DNA of 61,835 bases from a virus (Duplodnaviria > Caudoviricetes): positions 1 to 61,835 of IMG/VR virus record IMGVR_UViG_3300032291_002198, one strand, 5' to 3'. Of the stretch, positions 39,463-47,929 are shown in pieces. The notes below the pieces were generated by a model that was not told the origin of the DNA, made no database searches, and saw nothing but the letters and a program-made list of their open reading frames with translations. Numbering within the stretch: position 1 is the first letter of the stretch; each line of letters starts with the position of its first letter. A program made the position numbers and the translations under genes.

Positions 39463-39928
39463 TGTCTACGTCGCTGCGGCTTACGTCGCTTATGCTAACA
39501 GCATTGGCAGGTATCTCGCCCGCTTGATAGCTGCGCAATGTTTTGGCCGCCTCCTCCTCACTTGTAGCCTCAACCACCATAGTGAGGGATTCAACAAAGC
39601 TGATGCGCTGCTTCGCCACAACCTCGTACGTATGGATAAGCGGAAGCACCTCTTGTGTCGCTATGCTTTCTATTGGTGTGGCGGCATACATATCAATGAA
39701 CAGCTCCCTCTTCATGCGTGGGTCTGATGCTACCTGGGTCAGCGTTGTTCCGTCTGGAACCTTACGCATTCCGAAATGACCTGCGGTAAGCTCACGCGCT
39801 CGCTTGTCGTTCTCGGCGTAGCAGATGAACGTAGAGAACGTAGGCTCTCCACGCTTGGGCTTGCGGTTGAAACCCCGGGCTCCCTTCCCCTGAATCGGGT
39901 TTGGGATGTTAATTACATATTGTTTCAT
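39425..39928 (-). CDS. Hypothetical protein
   Basis: A-rich leader; 167-aa ORF. Confidence 0.65.
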   Translation of the reverse strand: MKQYVINIPNPIQGKGARGFNRKPKRGEPTFSTFICYAENDKRARELTAGHFGMRKVPDGTTLTQVASDPRMKRELFIDMYAATPIESIATQEVLPLIHTYEVVAKQRISFVESLTMVVEATSEEEAAKTLRSYQAGEIPANAVSISDVSRSDVDIDNEEISILEIA

Positions 39929-40037
39929 AAAATTGTTTTGAATTTGTTAATACAAAGGTTGAGTTAAAAAAGTGAATTGCGCAAGTTTTGTTTCAGCAAA
40001 AATTGCAAGTTGATTGTATCTCCCTGATTGTCAGCTG

Positions 40038-40403
40038 CTATTGTGTTCCATAAAGTATTTCTTTCATGTGTTTAATCCTGTACTTTTTGCGCAATTCAAG
40101 GATGTCAAGTCGCAATGCGAACCTTGAGTTGTACTTGAATGCGAAGTACTCCGATGCTATCTCTTGGTCAGTCGTCGGAAAATACGGCAGCTCTCCCGCT
40201 GGTATCTTGCCCATATATCGCTGGCCGTTAAGTTCTTGCGCTCGTCGCCGCGCTTCGCCAGGTGTGATTGACTCGCCTCGGTTGAACAATGCGGTAGCGT
40301 GTATCCCGATACGTGTTGCGCCATCCGTGGCCAATGGTAACGAGATGAACGAAAAGGTGCGCTTGAATGCGTCAAGCGGAACGATTGACATTTCTTCTTT
40401 CAT
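40038..40403 (-). CDS. Hypothetical protein
   Basis: Coupled ORF. Confidence 0.55.
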   Translation of the reverse strand: MKEEMSIVPLDAFKRTFSFISLPLATDGATRIGIHATALFNRGESITPGEARRRAQELNGQRYMGKIPAGELPYFPTTDQEIASEYFAFKYNSRFALRLDILELRKKYRIKHMKEILYGTQ

Positions 40404-40597
40404 GATTTCTTATTGTTGTTATGTTCTCTCCACTCCAGGTAGAATCCAATGGCTACGACGATGTTCATGCCCATAGACGCTACGATTTCGTGGATGTCTT
40501 GATATACATTGGTTGATAGGTGAACGTGTCCCACCATCCAAAAAGGAATGGACAAGTTCCCTGCTATCCATCGCACTGCAAAGTCCACGAACCTCAT
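40400..40597 (-). CDS. Small membrane protein
   Basis: Two hydrophobic segments; coupled ORF. Confidence 0.6.
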   Translation of the reverse strand: MRFVDFAVRWIAGNLSIPFWMVGHVHLSTNVYQDIHEIVASMGMNIVVAIGFYLEWREHNNNKKS

Positions 40598-41127
40598 TAG
40601 CCTCGGCTCATGATTGTACGCAGCTTGGCTACGTAGTTCGGGTCTTCTGCATAGTATCCGTTGAGCAGCGATAAGAACTGCTCATCGGTTCTGCAATGCT
40701 TGGCGTATGATGCGCACCACATCGCATAGTCAAGCACGCTATCCTCCCACGTATCGTAGTAGGCATGGCCGTGTTGGCTGCCCTTCGCCAGGTTGATACG
40801 CATGGTAGCCTCCTTCATGCCGAACAGGTTGTTGTTCTCCACGAAGATGTTTGACCTAAACGTATTTGTTTCCAGCTTGGCTTGGGCAACAGCTACGTCA
40901 ACGAACCGCACGTTCAGCTCGCTGAGCTTGGAACGTAGGCGTTCCTCGCTGAACTGATTGCCCATCCCTCGCACCTGAAGGATGCGCTCATACTCGGTAG
41001 CATCCACAACATTGATTGATAGTAAGACAAAGAGGGCGGCTACAAAGGCCGCCCCTTTGGCTATGGTTTTAGACAAGGGAAGCCTACGATACGTAAGTGT
41101 TTCCCTATTGAATACGTAGAAGCTCAT
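40597..41127 (-). CDS. Membrane-anchored glucosaminidase (GH73-like)
   Basis: N-terminal TM; AQAKLET (catalytic E), NNLFGMK and YAEDPNY. Confidence 0.85.
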   Translation of the reverse strand: MSFYVFNRETLTYRRLPLSKTIAKGAAFVAALFVLLSINVVDATEYERILQVRGMGNQFSEERLRSKLSELNVRFVDVAVAQAKLETNTFRSNIFVENNNLFGMKEATMRINLAKGSQHGHAYYDTWEDSVLDYAMWCASYAKHCRTDEQFLSLLNGYYAEDPNYVAKLRTIMSRG

Positions 41128-41129
41128 GG

Positions 41130-41900
41130 CTATTGGTTTTCAAATACAATTCCGTTGCGCTTGGACACTCGGCAAGCCATCGGGTAGTGTGTCTTGCTTG
41201 CCTTGTCAAGGAAAACTACGTGTGTGTTGTATCCTCCCCACGTGCGCTCAACTTTCTTCACGAAGGCCTTGACTCCTGTTCTGTCCCCTGTTGTGATGAT
41301 GATTGTGTCACCTGCACGAGGAATTGGGTCGGTGTCACTCGCGGACTCACGTGGCGGAATGCTGGTTATGTACATCCAATCGCGATGCCATGTGTATGAG
41401 CTCCTTTCTCCGTCTTGATAAACAAAGAAGTACCTGCTTGACCACGCCGTACTGGCGTCTCTCTCAATGATAATTGGTTGCCGCCATTGGTTTGCAACAA
41501 CATCAACCATGTCGTCATTGATATTGTTTCGGTCGCGATACATACCCCCCATTGTCCGCAAGTCGTGGAAAAGAACTCGCGTACCTGGTTCTATGTTCAT
41601 CGGCGCAGGTTCCAGCCACTCTGCGTTGATAGCAAAAGACGTAATGCCCGAATCAAATGGTGAGCGAATAACGACAGATTGGTCAGACACAATGGAAACA
41701 ATCTCGTACTCGTTTCCAAACTTATTTTCAGACCATAGTTCGCGTGGACAATCGGTAGGCGACAGCATAACGCGGTCGCCCAGTTGCGGGTTGCTTGGGT
41801 CGTAGTCATACGAGAAGCGCATCAATGAGTTTCCATCAATCGGTATCGTTAACTCTTGTATAGGTTCTTGTGTTGTGCGTTGAAGATGCGGTAGTGGCAT
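41130..41900 (-). CDS. Hypothetical protein with repeated SH3/KOW-like modules
   Basis: Three GDRV/GTRV/GDTI-type beta modules. Confidence 0.55.
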   Translation of the reverse strand: MPLPHLQRTTQEPIQELTIPIDGNSLMRFSYDYDPSNPQLGDRVMLSPTDCPRELWSENKFGNEYEIVSIVSDQSVVIRSPFDSGITSFAINAEWLEPAPMNIEPGTRVLFHDLRTMGGMYRDRNNINDDMVDVVANQWRQPIIIERDASTAWSSRYFFVYQDGERSSYTWHRDWMYITSIPPRESASDTDPIPRAGDTIIITTGDRTGVKAFVKKVERTWGGYNTHVVFLDKASKTHYPMACRVSKRNGIVFENQ

Positions 41901-41923
41901 ATCTGGTTATTTTTAGATGTTAA

Positions 41924-42838
41924 TTAGTGAGTAGTCCCGCTCTGCTTGAAGCTGTTGTTCCACTCAATCTCCTCAAGTTTCTCGTACACGTCGTTGACTG
42001 CGGCCGGGATGTACTCGTAGCAATCAACGCACTCGCTGTTGAAGTTGACCTTTGCTTGGTCATGCTTGCACGTTGAACATTTGAAGGTCTTGTCAATGAA
42101 TGGCGCATCGTAGTCAAAGTCATCGGAGGAGTAGGACTCGTATGGGTACATGATGCGCTTGTCCTCAAGGTCATCAAAGTATCCATCGTCGTACTTGGTA
42201 GCGTAGGCTCCCGTAGTAACGCCGCCCTTGTAGTAGCTGCCGTATGCTCCGTAGCCCCGGTCAAAGTCAAGTGAGTCGTAGGTGTGTGATTTGTTGGAGT
42301 ACCAATTGCCGTCAACCCACTCACCGACACCCTCGTTGAAGATGCGGTAGTCGCCCGTTTCGTCAAGGAAGATGAGCTTGTTGTCCGTTTCAATGAAGCG
42401 GTAGATGCTCTCCTCAATGAAGGGGTTGTCAAGCGTGGCTACGTTGTCAATGCTGATGCACGATAGTAGGTCTGCGAAATCTGCGGTATCTGACCGCTCC
42501 TTGGTGCCGAGGCCGAAGATGATGCCGTTGTGGATGAAGCCCACGGAATCGGACACGAAGAATGGGTGCAGGTACTCTGGCGTTAGGCCATGGGTCGCGA
42601 TGCGGAAGTGTATGAGCATGGGTAGGTCGCCGTACTGCGAGTACACCTCTACATATCGTGCGTAGAATTTCTCAAAGTTCTGCGCGCTCTCTGATAGTAG
42701 TTGGTTGGGGAACTTTTCTGCGATGAGCTTGCCGTCGGCTACGTATAGGATGCCGGCGCCATCATCGTTGTTGTTCCACGAATTAGATAGTTTTTTCTTG
42801 CTGATTTGCTTGCCTGAATTAAGAATTGCGATGCACAT
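41924..42838 (-). CDS. Class II (Ntn) glutamine amidotransferase-like protein
   Basis: N-terminal Cys2 (MCIAI), HFRIATHG, HPF, HNG and SDT. Confidence 0.9.
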   Translation of the reverse strand: MCIAILNSGKQISKKKLSNSWNNNDDGAGILYVADGKLIAEKFPNQLLSESAQNFEKFYARYVEVYSQYGDLPMLIHFRIATHGLTPEYLHPFFVSDSVGFIHNGIIFGLGTKERSDTADFADLLSCISIDNVATLDNPFIEESIYRFIETDNKLIFLDETGDYRIFNEGVGEWVDGNWYSNKSHTYDSLDFDRGYGAYGSYYKGGVTTGAYATKYDDGYFDDLEDKRIMYPYESYSSDDFDYDAPFIDKTFKCSTCKHDQAKVNFNSECVDCYEYIPAAVNDVYEKLEEIEWNNSFKQSGTTH

Positions 42839-42884
42839 ATAGATATAGTATTAGGGTTAGTAAAGGGAAGGAAGGGGTAGTCGC

Positions 42885-44483
42885 CTACCCCTTTTTGTTT
42901 TCAAGGAACCGAAGCACCTTGTCGTCAATGCGCTTGACCTTATCGGTGTACAAGTTGCCGTCGCCCATGTTCCGCACAAGGTCATAGCCAATGTTAGCCC
43001 ACTCTTGTACATCACTGATAGCCACGGAGATACGCTTGCTTGTGCGCTTGAGGCTGCTGATGAAGAACTCCATCATCACGCCCTGCCCGGTCTTGCTGAA
43101 CTGCAAGGTGTCGTACATGGCGTCAGCGAACTGCGAGTACCAGCACACAAGGCGCAACAGCTTCTCCTCATCGTACTGCTTGGCCAGGTGCTTGTGCAAT
43201 GCACTGCGCTTGTTGAGCATCATACGCTGAACATCCGCCGCCGAAGCGTTGGGGAACTTGGTCATAATGCGGAACAAGTCCCGACGCCATAGCAAAGTGT
43301 CTACGTCATGCACTCGTGAGATGATGCGGAACTCAATGTACTCGTACTTGATATTGAAGGCCACGTATCGCTCATCGCGGGCAAGGTACTTGTCTGACTT
43401 GGCGTAAGCACGTGACCACCGCGATGTAGCACGCTTTCGGTATAAGGCTACGAACAGCGGCATAAACGCGGCGTACTGCTTGAACAGGTCGCTGCCTGAA
43501 GTGCCGCGCTTGCCGAAGTTGATATGCCCACCGCAATTCGTTGAGGAAGTGGCGTTGATGTGGTCGCGCAAAAGTTGGCTGTTCGCAATATCGTCGTCAA
43601 GTTTGGAACTAAATAGGTCGTACACGGGCGACACAAGCTCAAAGCCAGTGTCGCTGTCAAGTGAGCCGTCGTGTTCACGCGACCAACGAGTGCGGTCTAC
43701 CTCGCTCAAGTCGTACTCGCTGAACATATCGGAGTCCTCTTTCTCAACCTCAAACCCAATGGTGAACAAGGTGTCCGAAGTGCTGAAGTCCTCGCGCGGG
43801 CCGCCGTGGTACTCGTGGTTGTCATTCGCAGGCTCATCGGTGCGGTACTCATCAATGCCTTCGTGCCAGAATACGTACTCACCCGCATCACTTTCGTGGT
43901 AGTATTCTTGTACGTCTGCGGCATAGATAGAATCTTCCTGCCAGATAAGTTCACCATCGCAGCTGCCGCCGCCGCAAAGCACGTAGTCGTCCTCGTCAAC
44001 GGACTCACGTAGGTACAGGTCGCCACCGATTTCTAACACGTGGTCTGACCACTCGTCGTCAAGTAGGACAACTTGCTCTACTGATGCGCTTCTCCCGCGC
44101 CCTTCTCGCACTAACGCGGTCGTGGTGTCAACGCGTCGTGCCCACTGGCCTGCGAACTCGCTTGGCTCGGTGAGAATACGGCACTCTGCCTGTTGATGCT
44201 CTTGCCCGTCGTATGTAATAACCATAATTGGTTCGTTTGGTGTTAATGTTTCATCTTGCGCAGGAGTGGCTGCGCTCACAAGCGTAAGCCACTCATCCAC
44301 ATATACCCACCCCTCCATACCACGAATTACGTATCGCGGGGTGGCGTCAGTCCCCTTGAAGGAGTGAATGATTACGCCTTCGCGTCCCTGGAACTCACGC
44401 ATAGGTGGCGCAATGTTACACGTGCCGTGGTAGGGCGCATTAAGGTCGAGGCGAACTACGTCGCCGATATTGAATTTGCTCAT
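42885..44483 (-). CDS. Putative amidoligase (COOH-NH2 ligase, Amidoligase_2-like)
   Basis: IGFEVE, DGSL, GFELVSP, CGGHIN, RYVAFN and IEFR. Confidence 0.82.
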   Translation of the reverse strand: MSKFNIGDVVRLDLNAPYHGTCNIAPPMREFQGREGVIIHSFKGTDATPRYVIRGMEGWVYVDEWLTLVSAATPAQDETLTPNEPIMVITYDGQEHQQAECRILTEPSEFAGQWARRVDTTTALVREGRGRSASVEQVVLLDDEWSDHVLEIGGDLYLRESVDEDDYVLCGGGSCDGELIWQEDSIYAADVQEYYHESDAGEYVFWHEGIDEYRTDEPANDNHEYHGGPREDFSTSDTLFTIGFEVEKEDSDMFSEYDLSEVDRTRWSREHDGSLDSDTGFELVSPVYDLFSSKLDDDIANSQLLRDHINATSSTNCGGHINFGKRGTSGSDLFKQYAAFMPLFVALYRKRATSRWSRAYAKSDKYLARDERYVAFNIKYEYIEFRIISRVHDVDTLLWRRDLFRIMTKFPNASAADVQRMMLNKRSALHKHLAKQYDEEKLLRLVCWYSQFADAMYDTLQFSKTGQGVMMEFFISSLKRTSKRISVAISDVQEWANIGYDLVRNMGDGNLYTDKVKRIDDKVLRFLENKKG

Positions 44484-44535
44484 TACACATCAAGCATTTT
44501 TGCCTACGTATTACACCTCGTAGGCATAGGTGTTT

Positions 44536-44674
44536 CGTGCATCACCAAGCCCTGCACGTATGGGCTTTGAGGGGTGCATGGTCATGAACCACCGCGCCGC
44601 TACGTACCAATGAACCAATCCAAACCAAAACGCACGGCATACACCCCATAGTCCGTTTATAGTGTGGTCGCCAC
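44536..44674 (-). ncRNA. Leader + tRNA-like element + H-type pseudoknot (paralogue of the tRNA-Tyr cassette)
   Basis: GGGGTG/CACCCC acceptor-like stem; GGTGG-TTCATGA-CCATG T-arm-like segment; 3' pseudoknot AAGCCC/GGGCTT + CGTGCA/TGCACG. Confidence 0.55.
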
Positions 44675-44696
44675 TCTGTCCCCTAAATCGTTACTG

Positions 44697-44751
44697 CAAA
44701 CCTACAACTCCAATGTTACCTGAATGTTAAGGCCAGGTTATTTCTTCGTTA
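44697..44751 (-). promoter_or_regulatory. Promoter TAGGTTTG with four 11-bp-spaced TAAC repeats
   Basis: GTTA (plus strand) at 44715, 44726, 44737 and 44748. Confidence 0.75.
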
Positions 44752-44914
44752 AGTTTTCTCTCCCGATGAGCCTGGACACAAGCCCACACCCAGCAGACGT
44801 AAACACAATCACGGACAGCACAAATACAAGCGCACTCATTTTATTTTTTATTTGTTTCGTGTAAGTAAATCCATACGTAAACACACGCTACTAGAAATGC
44901 CCCAATCATCTCTC

Positions 44915-45076
44915 TTATCGTGTTAGTTCCTCAATCGTTGCCGGGTTGATAGTCCCGTACTTTTCATGCACCTTGTCTAGGTACGCCTTCGCGTCCTTAA
45001 ACGCTTCGCTTCTCTCGTCTGCATACATATAGGCATGGGTAGCCATACGTATGCGCTGTATCTCGTTCACGGCCAT
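44915..45076 (-). CDS. Small hypothetical protein (53 aa)
   Basis: ATG 45076 downstream of the tRNA and pseudoknot. Confidence 0.5.
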   Translation of the reverse strand: MAVNEIQRIRMATHAYMYADERSEAFKDAKAYLDKVHEKYGTINPATIEELTR

Positions 45077-45101
45077 GTGCTGGTGTGTTATGTGTATATG
45101 T

Positions 45102-45132
45102 GTGTGCATCTCGCGCCCTGCACACTTGGGCG
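45102..45132 (-). ncRNA. H-type pseudoknot in tRNA-Tyr 3' trailer
   Basis: CGCCC-AA-GTGTGCA-GGGCG-CGAGA-TGCACAC. Confidence 0.6.
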
Positions 45133-45135
45133 TTG

Positions 45136-45217
45136 TGGGGGTAGGTGGACTCGAACCACCGATGCCGTGAGGCGACAGAGTTACAATCTGCTGCAATAGC
45201 CGCTATGCGATACCCCC
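45136..45217 (-). tRNA. tRNA-Tyr (GTA), CCA not encoded
   Basis: Acceptor GGGGGTA/TACCCCC + A; anticodon arm GCAGA-TTGTAAC-TCTGT; long variable arm; T-arm GGTGG-TTCGAGT-CCACC. Confidence 0.92.
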
Positions 45218-45246
45218 ATAGGAAGGGGCATAGGTATCCCCTTCGT

Positions 45247-45270
45247 GTCCGTTTTACGTGTGGTCGCCAC
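45247..45270 (-). repeat. 24-nt leader motif, second copy at 44651..44674
   Basis: GTGGCGACCACAC-NNN-AAACGGAC; 21/24 identical. Confidence 0.85.
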
Positions 45271-45291
45271 ATATCCCGTAAGTGTGTGAGC

Positions 45292-45525
45292 CTAACGTCT
45301 GCGCTTAGCTCGTCGGTCGTGTAACTGCTCAACCCTGCGCTCCTCGCGGCGGTCTATGCGACCCGCCACGAATAGTTCCACGGCATCGGCTTTGCGCTTG
45401 CCCCGTACTTTGCGCTCGGTTCGGCGAAGTGAAGTGCCGCCGTCAAGCGACGGCGCACTTTGCACACGGACTACGCACTCTGTGCCGTAGCGTGAGGGGT
45501 CGGAGTGGGTGGTGTACCGGCTCAT
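45292..45525 (-). CDS. Small Arg-rich hypothetical protein
   Basis: ATGA overlap with the upstream gene. Confidence 0.5.
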   Translation of the reverse strand: MSRYTTHSDPSRYGTECVVRVQSAPSLDGGTSLRRTERKVRGKRKADAVELFVAGRIDRREERRVEQLHDRRAKRRR

Positions 45526-45776
45526 TGCTCAAAGGTGTTGAGGTCAACGAGAGCCGCCTTTTGGGCGGCGCGGTTGCAGTACACGTCTGCTTGGCCACGG
45601 ATGATGTCTGCCCATTCGGGTGAGCCGTCTGCATAGGCGGCGGTGAGGCGGTCGCGGAACCCTGCATACGAGGCGAAGGCGTCGGTGGCGAGGAAGTCGT
45701 CGTACAAGTCAAGCACGAAGTCAATGCCCATGCTGCGCTCAAGGGCTGAAAGGGCGGTTGCGATTTTCTTGTTCAT
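45522..45776 (-). CDS. Early hypothetical protein
   Basis: ATG 45776 just downstream of the promoter at 45812. Confidence 0.65.
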   Translation of the reverse strand: MNKKIATALSALERSMGIDFVLDLYDDFLATDAFASYAGFRDRLTAAYADGSPEWADIIRGQADVYCNRAAQKAALVDLNTFEQ

Positions 45777-45811
45777 GGTCGGTCGTTTTTTGGTTAGTCG
45801 GTTGAACAATG

Positions 45812-45866
45812 CAAACGTATAACGCCAATGTTAAGTGGGTGTTAAGGATACGTTATCTTTACGTTA
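45812..45866 (-). promoter_or_regulatory. Promoter TACGTTTG with four 11-bp-spaced TAAC repeats
   Basis: GTTA (plus strand) at 45830, 45841, 45852 and 45863. Confidence 0.78.
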
Positions 45867-45889
45867 AATCTTACATTCGTAAGATTTCA

Positions 45890-46535
45890 ACTGCGCGCGT
45901 GTAGCGCGTACGTGTGTAGCGTACGTATGCGTGCGCCCCGCCGCTCACGCAGGAACACGGCAACCGAGCCGAAAGCTCCTCGCGCGTTGAGCAGCCATAG
46001 GCTGCGAAAGCGCAAGCGTGCCCACGCGCACGCGCCTTGATTGCCGAAGGCAATGTTAAGCGAAGGTTACGAAATGCAGGCTTGATTTGAGGCCGTTTTT
46101 AGGCCGTTTGCTGCCGGTTGGGGTGGTTTTGAGCCGACCATACAGCCCACCACGAGAAAATAGTTTAGTATCCCTTCTTCCCTACGGAAAGAAGGGTAAT
46201 AAACTAAAAAAAATTGACATATCCAAACCGAAACCAAAAAGATAACGAAACCTTAACGATTTGGTAACATTGGAAAGGCTGTTGGAACACGGATGTTGGA
46301 ACACGAATCTCACGTAAGGCGTGCAGGCACACACGGGCGCACACGCCCGGGCGCACACCCGCCCGGGCGCACGCGCACAGGGTGGGTGATACCCACCCCC
46401 TATTATCTTATCTTACCCTACCGAGCGCACGCAGCGCGTACGTATGCAGGCCAGCGCGTACGTAGGCGAGCGCGTACGCACGTGCGCGAGTGCGCGCAGG
46501 CGCGAGTGGGCGCGCGTAGGCACACACACGTATAG
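45890..46535. other. Non-coding divergence region with alternating purine/pyrimidine tracts and a long inverted repeat (candidate origin/genome terminus)
   Basis: CGCGTA/CGCGCA/CACACG tracts; hairpin at 46161-46206; the coding strand switches here. Confidence 0.5.
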
Positions 46536-46551
46536 GGGTCACTGGTAAGCT

Positions 46552-46605
46552 TAACGAAAAGATAACATTGGTTAACGCTGGGATAACATTGGACACGTAG
46601 GTTTG
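46552..46605 (+). promoter_or_regulatory. Promoter TAGGTTTG with four ~11-bp-spaced TAAC repeats
   Basis: TAAC at 46552, 46563, 46573 and 46584; TAGGTTTG at 46598. Confidence 0.78.
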
Positions 46606-46630
46606 CTGAACTAATCTAAACCCCGAAACA

Positions 46631-47035
46631 ATGAAAACTGAGCAAAAATATAATATCTACGTAGCCACCAAAGCCGCAAAAATTCTCTATGCACAAGCGT
46701 GCAAAGGCGCGGAACTCCGTTCTGCGCGCTTTAAGTCGGGCGAACTTGCCGTGATGGTTTACCTGAACATAAGCCCCGCACAGCCTTGCGATGCGTATGG
46801 GTGCGGAGCCACGCACACTTGCGAGATGTGCGGACACGAGGCCGACGAGGCCGCCATCGCCAACGTTGAGCGTTACTCTGAACTTGTGCAAGATTTGTAC
46901 TACATCGGCGAGGCAATCTCTGCCGTAGGCCGTGCGAGCGGCGAGTACCTACGAGTGCAGTGCGACCTACGTTTGCGCAAGAAATTCGGGCGTGATGCAC
47001 ACGAGTGCTTGCTTGCACACATAGCGGAGGCGTGA
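46631..47035 (+). CDS. Early hypothetical Cys-rich protein
   Basis: Own promoter and terminator; CDAYGC...CEMC. Confidence 0.65.
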   Translation: MKTEQKYNIYVATKAAKILYAQACKGAELRSARFKSGELAVMVYLNISPAQPCDAYGCGATHTCEMCGHEADEAAIANVERYSELVQDLYYIGEAISAVGRASGEYLRVQCDLRLRKKFGRDAHECLLAHIAEA

Positions 47036-47055
47036 GCCACCACCGCCGACCTTTA

Positions 47056-47081
47056 GGCCGCCTTCGGGCGGCTTTTTTTTT
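47056..47081 (+). terminator. Intrinsic terminator
   Basis: GGCCGCC-TTCG-GGCGGCT followed by a T run. Confidence 0.9.
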
Positions 47082-47494
47082 GCCCTTTTTTTGGCTTCTG
47101 CGGCACTTTCTGCCCTTGTGTGGGACTCTGCCCTATGCGTTACCTATTTGGGGCTTCTGCGTGGATTTTTTTGTGTGGGTGATTTTGTGGGTGGGGTGTG
47201 TTCGCCCCCTCTGTACGTATGGCGCGCGGAATCGTGCGGCTGTCATGCGCCCCCCTGCGTGCATCCTGCGCGCGACCAGCTGCAAACGCCAGAATGCGTG
47301 TGCGTTTACGCATTATGCGCACCCCCGTGTATGCGCGCTGCGCGTTTGGGTGCGTGCGTGCCCACGTCCCTATGTGTATGTTCTCCCCAACCTCCACATG
47401 ACTCAAAAATTTTTCCAGGCATTTTCGTTGTTTAGAACCGTTCTAAATAGTGCGTCTTTGGGCTGTGATGATGGTGTGGCGCGAGACGCTTGCT

Positions 47495-47929
47495 TCAGCG
47501 GGCGTCGCAGCGTCGTTCGGCAGTTACTATCGTATGACAGTTGGCGCAGCGGATTTGGCATTTGCGTATTTCGGCTTTGATGACCTTGATGGAATTGCCG
47601 CAGTAAATCATGGAGGAGACGTCGTTCTTTTTGTCGGCCAGGTGGTCGAACTGAAGGACGCGTGGGTCTGTTATGCCGCAGTCTGTGCATTTGCCGTAGC
47701 GGCGTTTGTATCGGTCTACGAATGCTCTGTTGCGGTCACGCTGTGATTTGTTCTGTGCTACGCGAGTATGGCTGTTGGAGGAGTACCACGAGGCTGACCT
47801 GCGGGCAGAACAGCTTTTACAGGACGACTGTAGGCCGTCTGATTTGCGTTTGTTCTTGGAGAACTCTGTGAGTGGCTTTACGGTATCGCAGCCAGGACAG
47901 CGTTTCATGGGTGTGAATATAGCTGTCAT
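47495..47929 (-). CDS. HNH endonuclease with N-terminal Zn-finger
   Basis: CPGC..CKSC; CTDCG, QFDH and CQIRCANCH. Confidence 0.8.
   Translation of the reverse strand: MTAIFTPMKRCPGCDTVKPLTEFSKNKRKSDGLQSSCKSCSARRSASWYSSNSHTRVAQNKSQRDRNRAFVDRYKRRYGKCTDCGITDPRVLQFDHLADKKNDVSSMIYCGNSIKVIKAEIRKCQIRCANCHTIVTAERRCDAR

Noticed and set aside
45102-45135. Theta/HDV-like ribozyme after the tRNA
   Set aside because: Only two stems are visible, with no P3, P1.1 or J4/2 layout; kept instead as an unclassified pseudoknot
45136-45217. Suppressor tRNA or stop-codon recoding
   Set aside because: The anticodon is GTA (Tyr), and long genes read through and end normally under the standard code
28559-45776. DNA polymerase, integrase, or reverse transcriptase/DGR
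   Set aside because: No ORF with the matching motifs was recognised, so lifestyle cannot be assigned from this alone
45871-47580. Arg/Ala/Cys-rich ORFs (45871, 46293, 46408, 47005, 47091, 47140, 47198)
   Set aside because: They are low-complexity translations of alternating purine/pyrimidine DNA, and some cross a terminator
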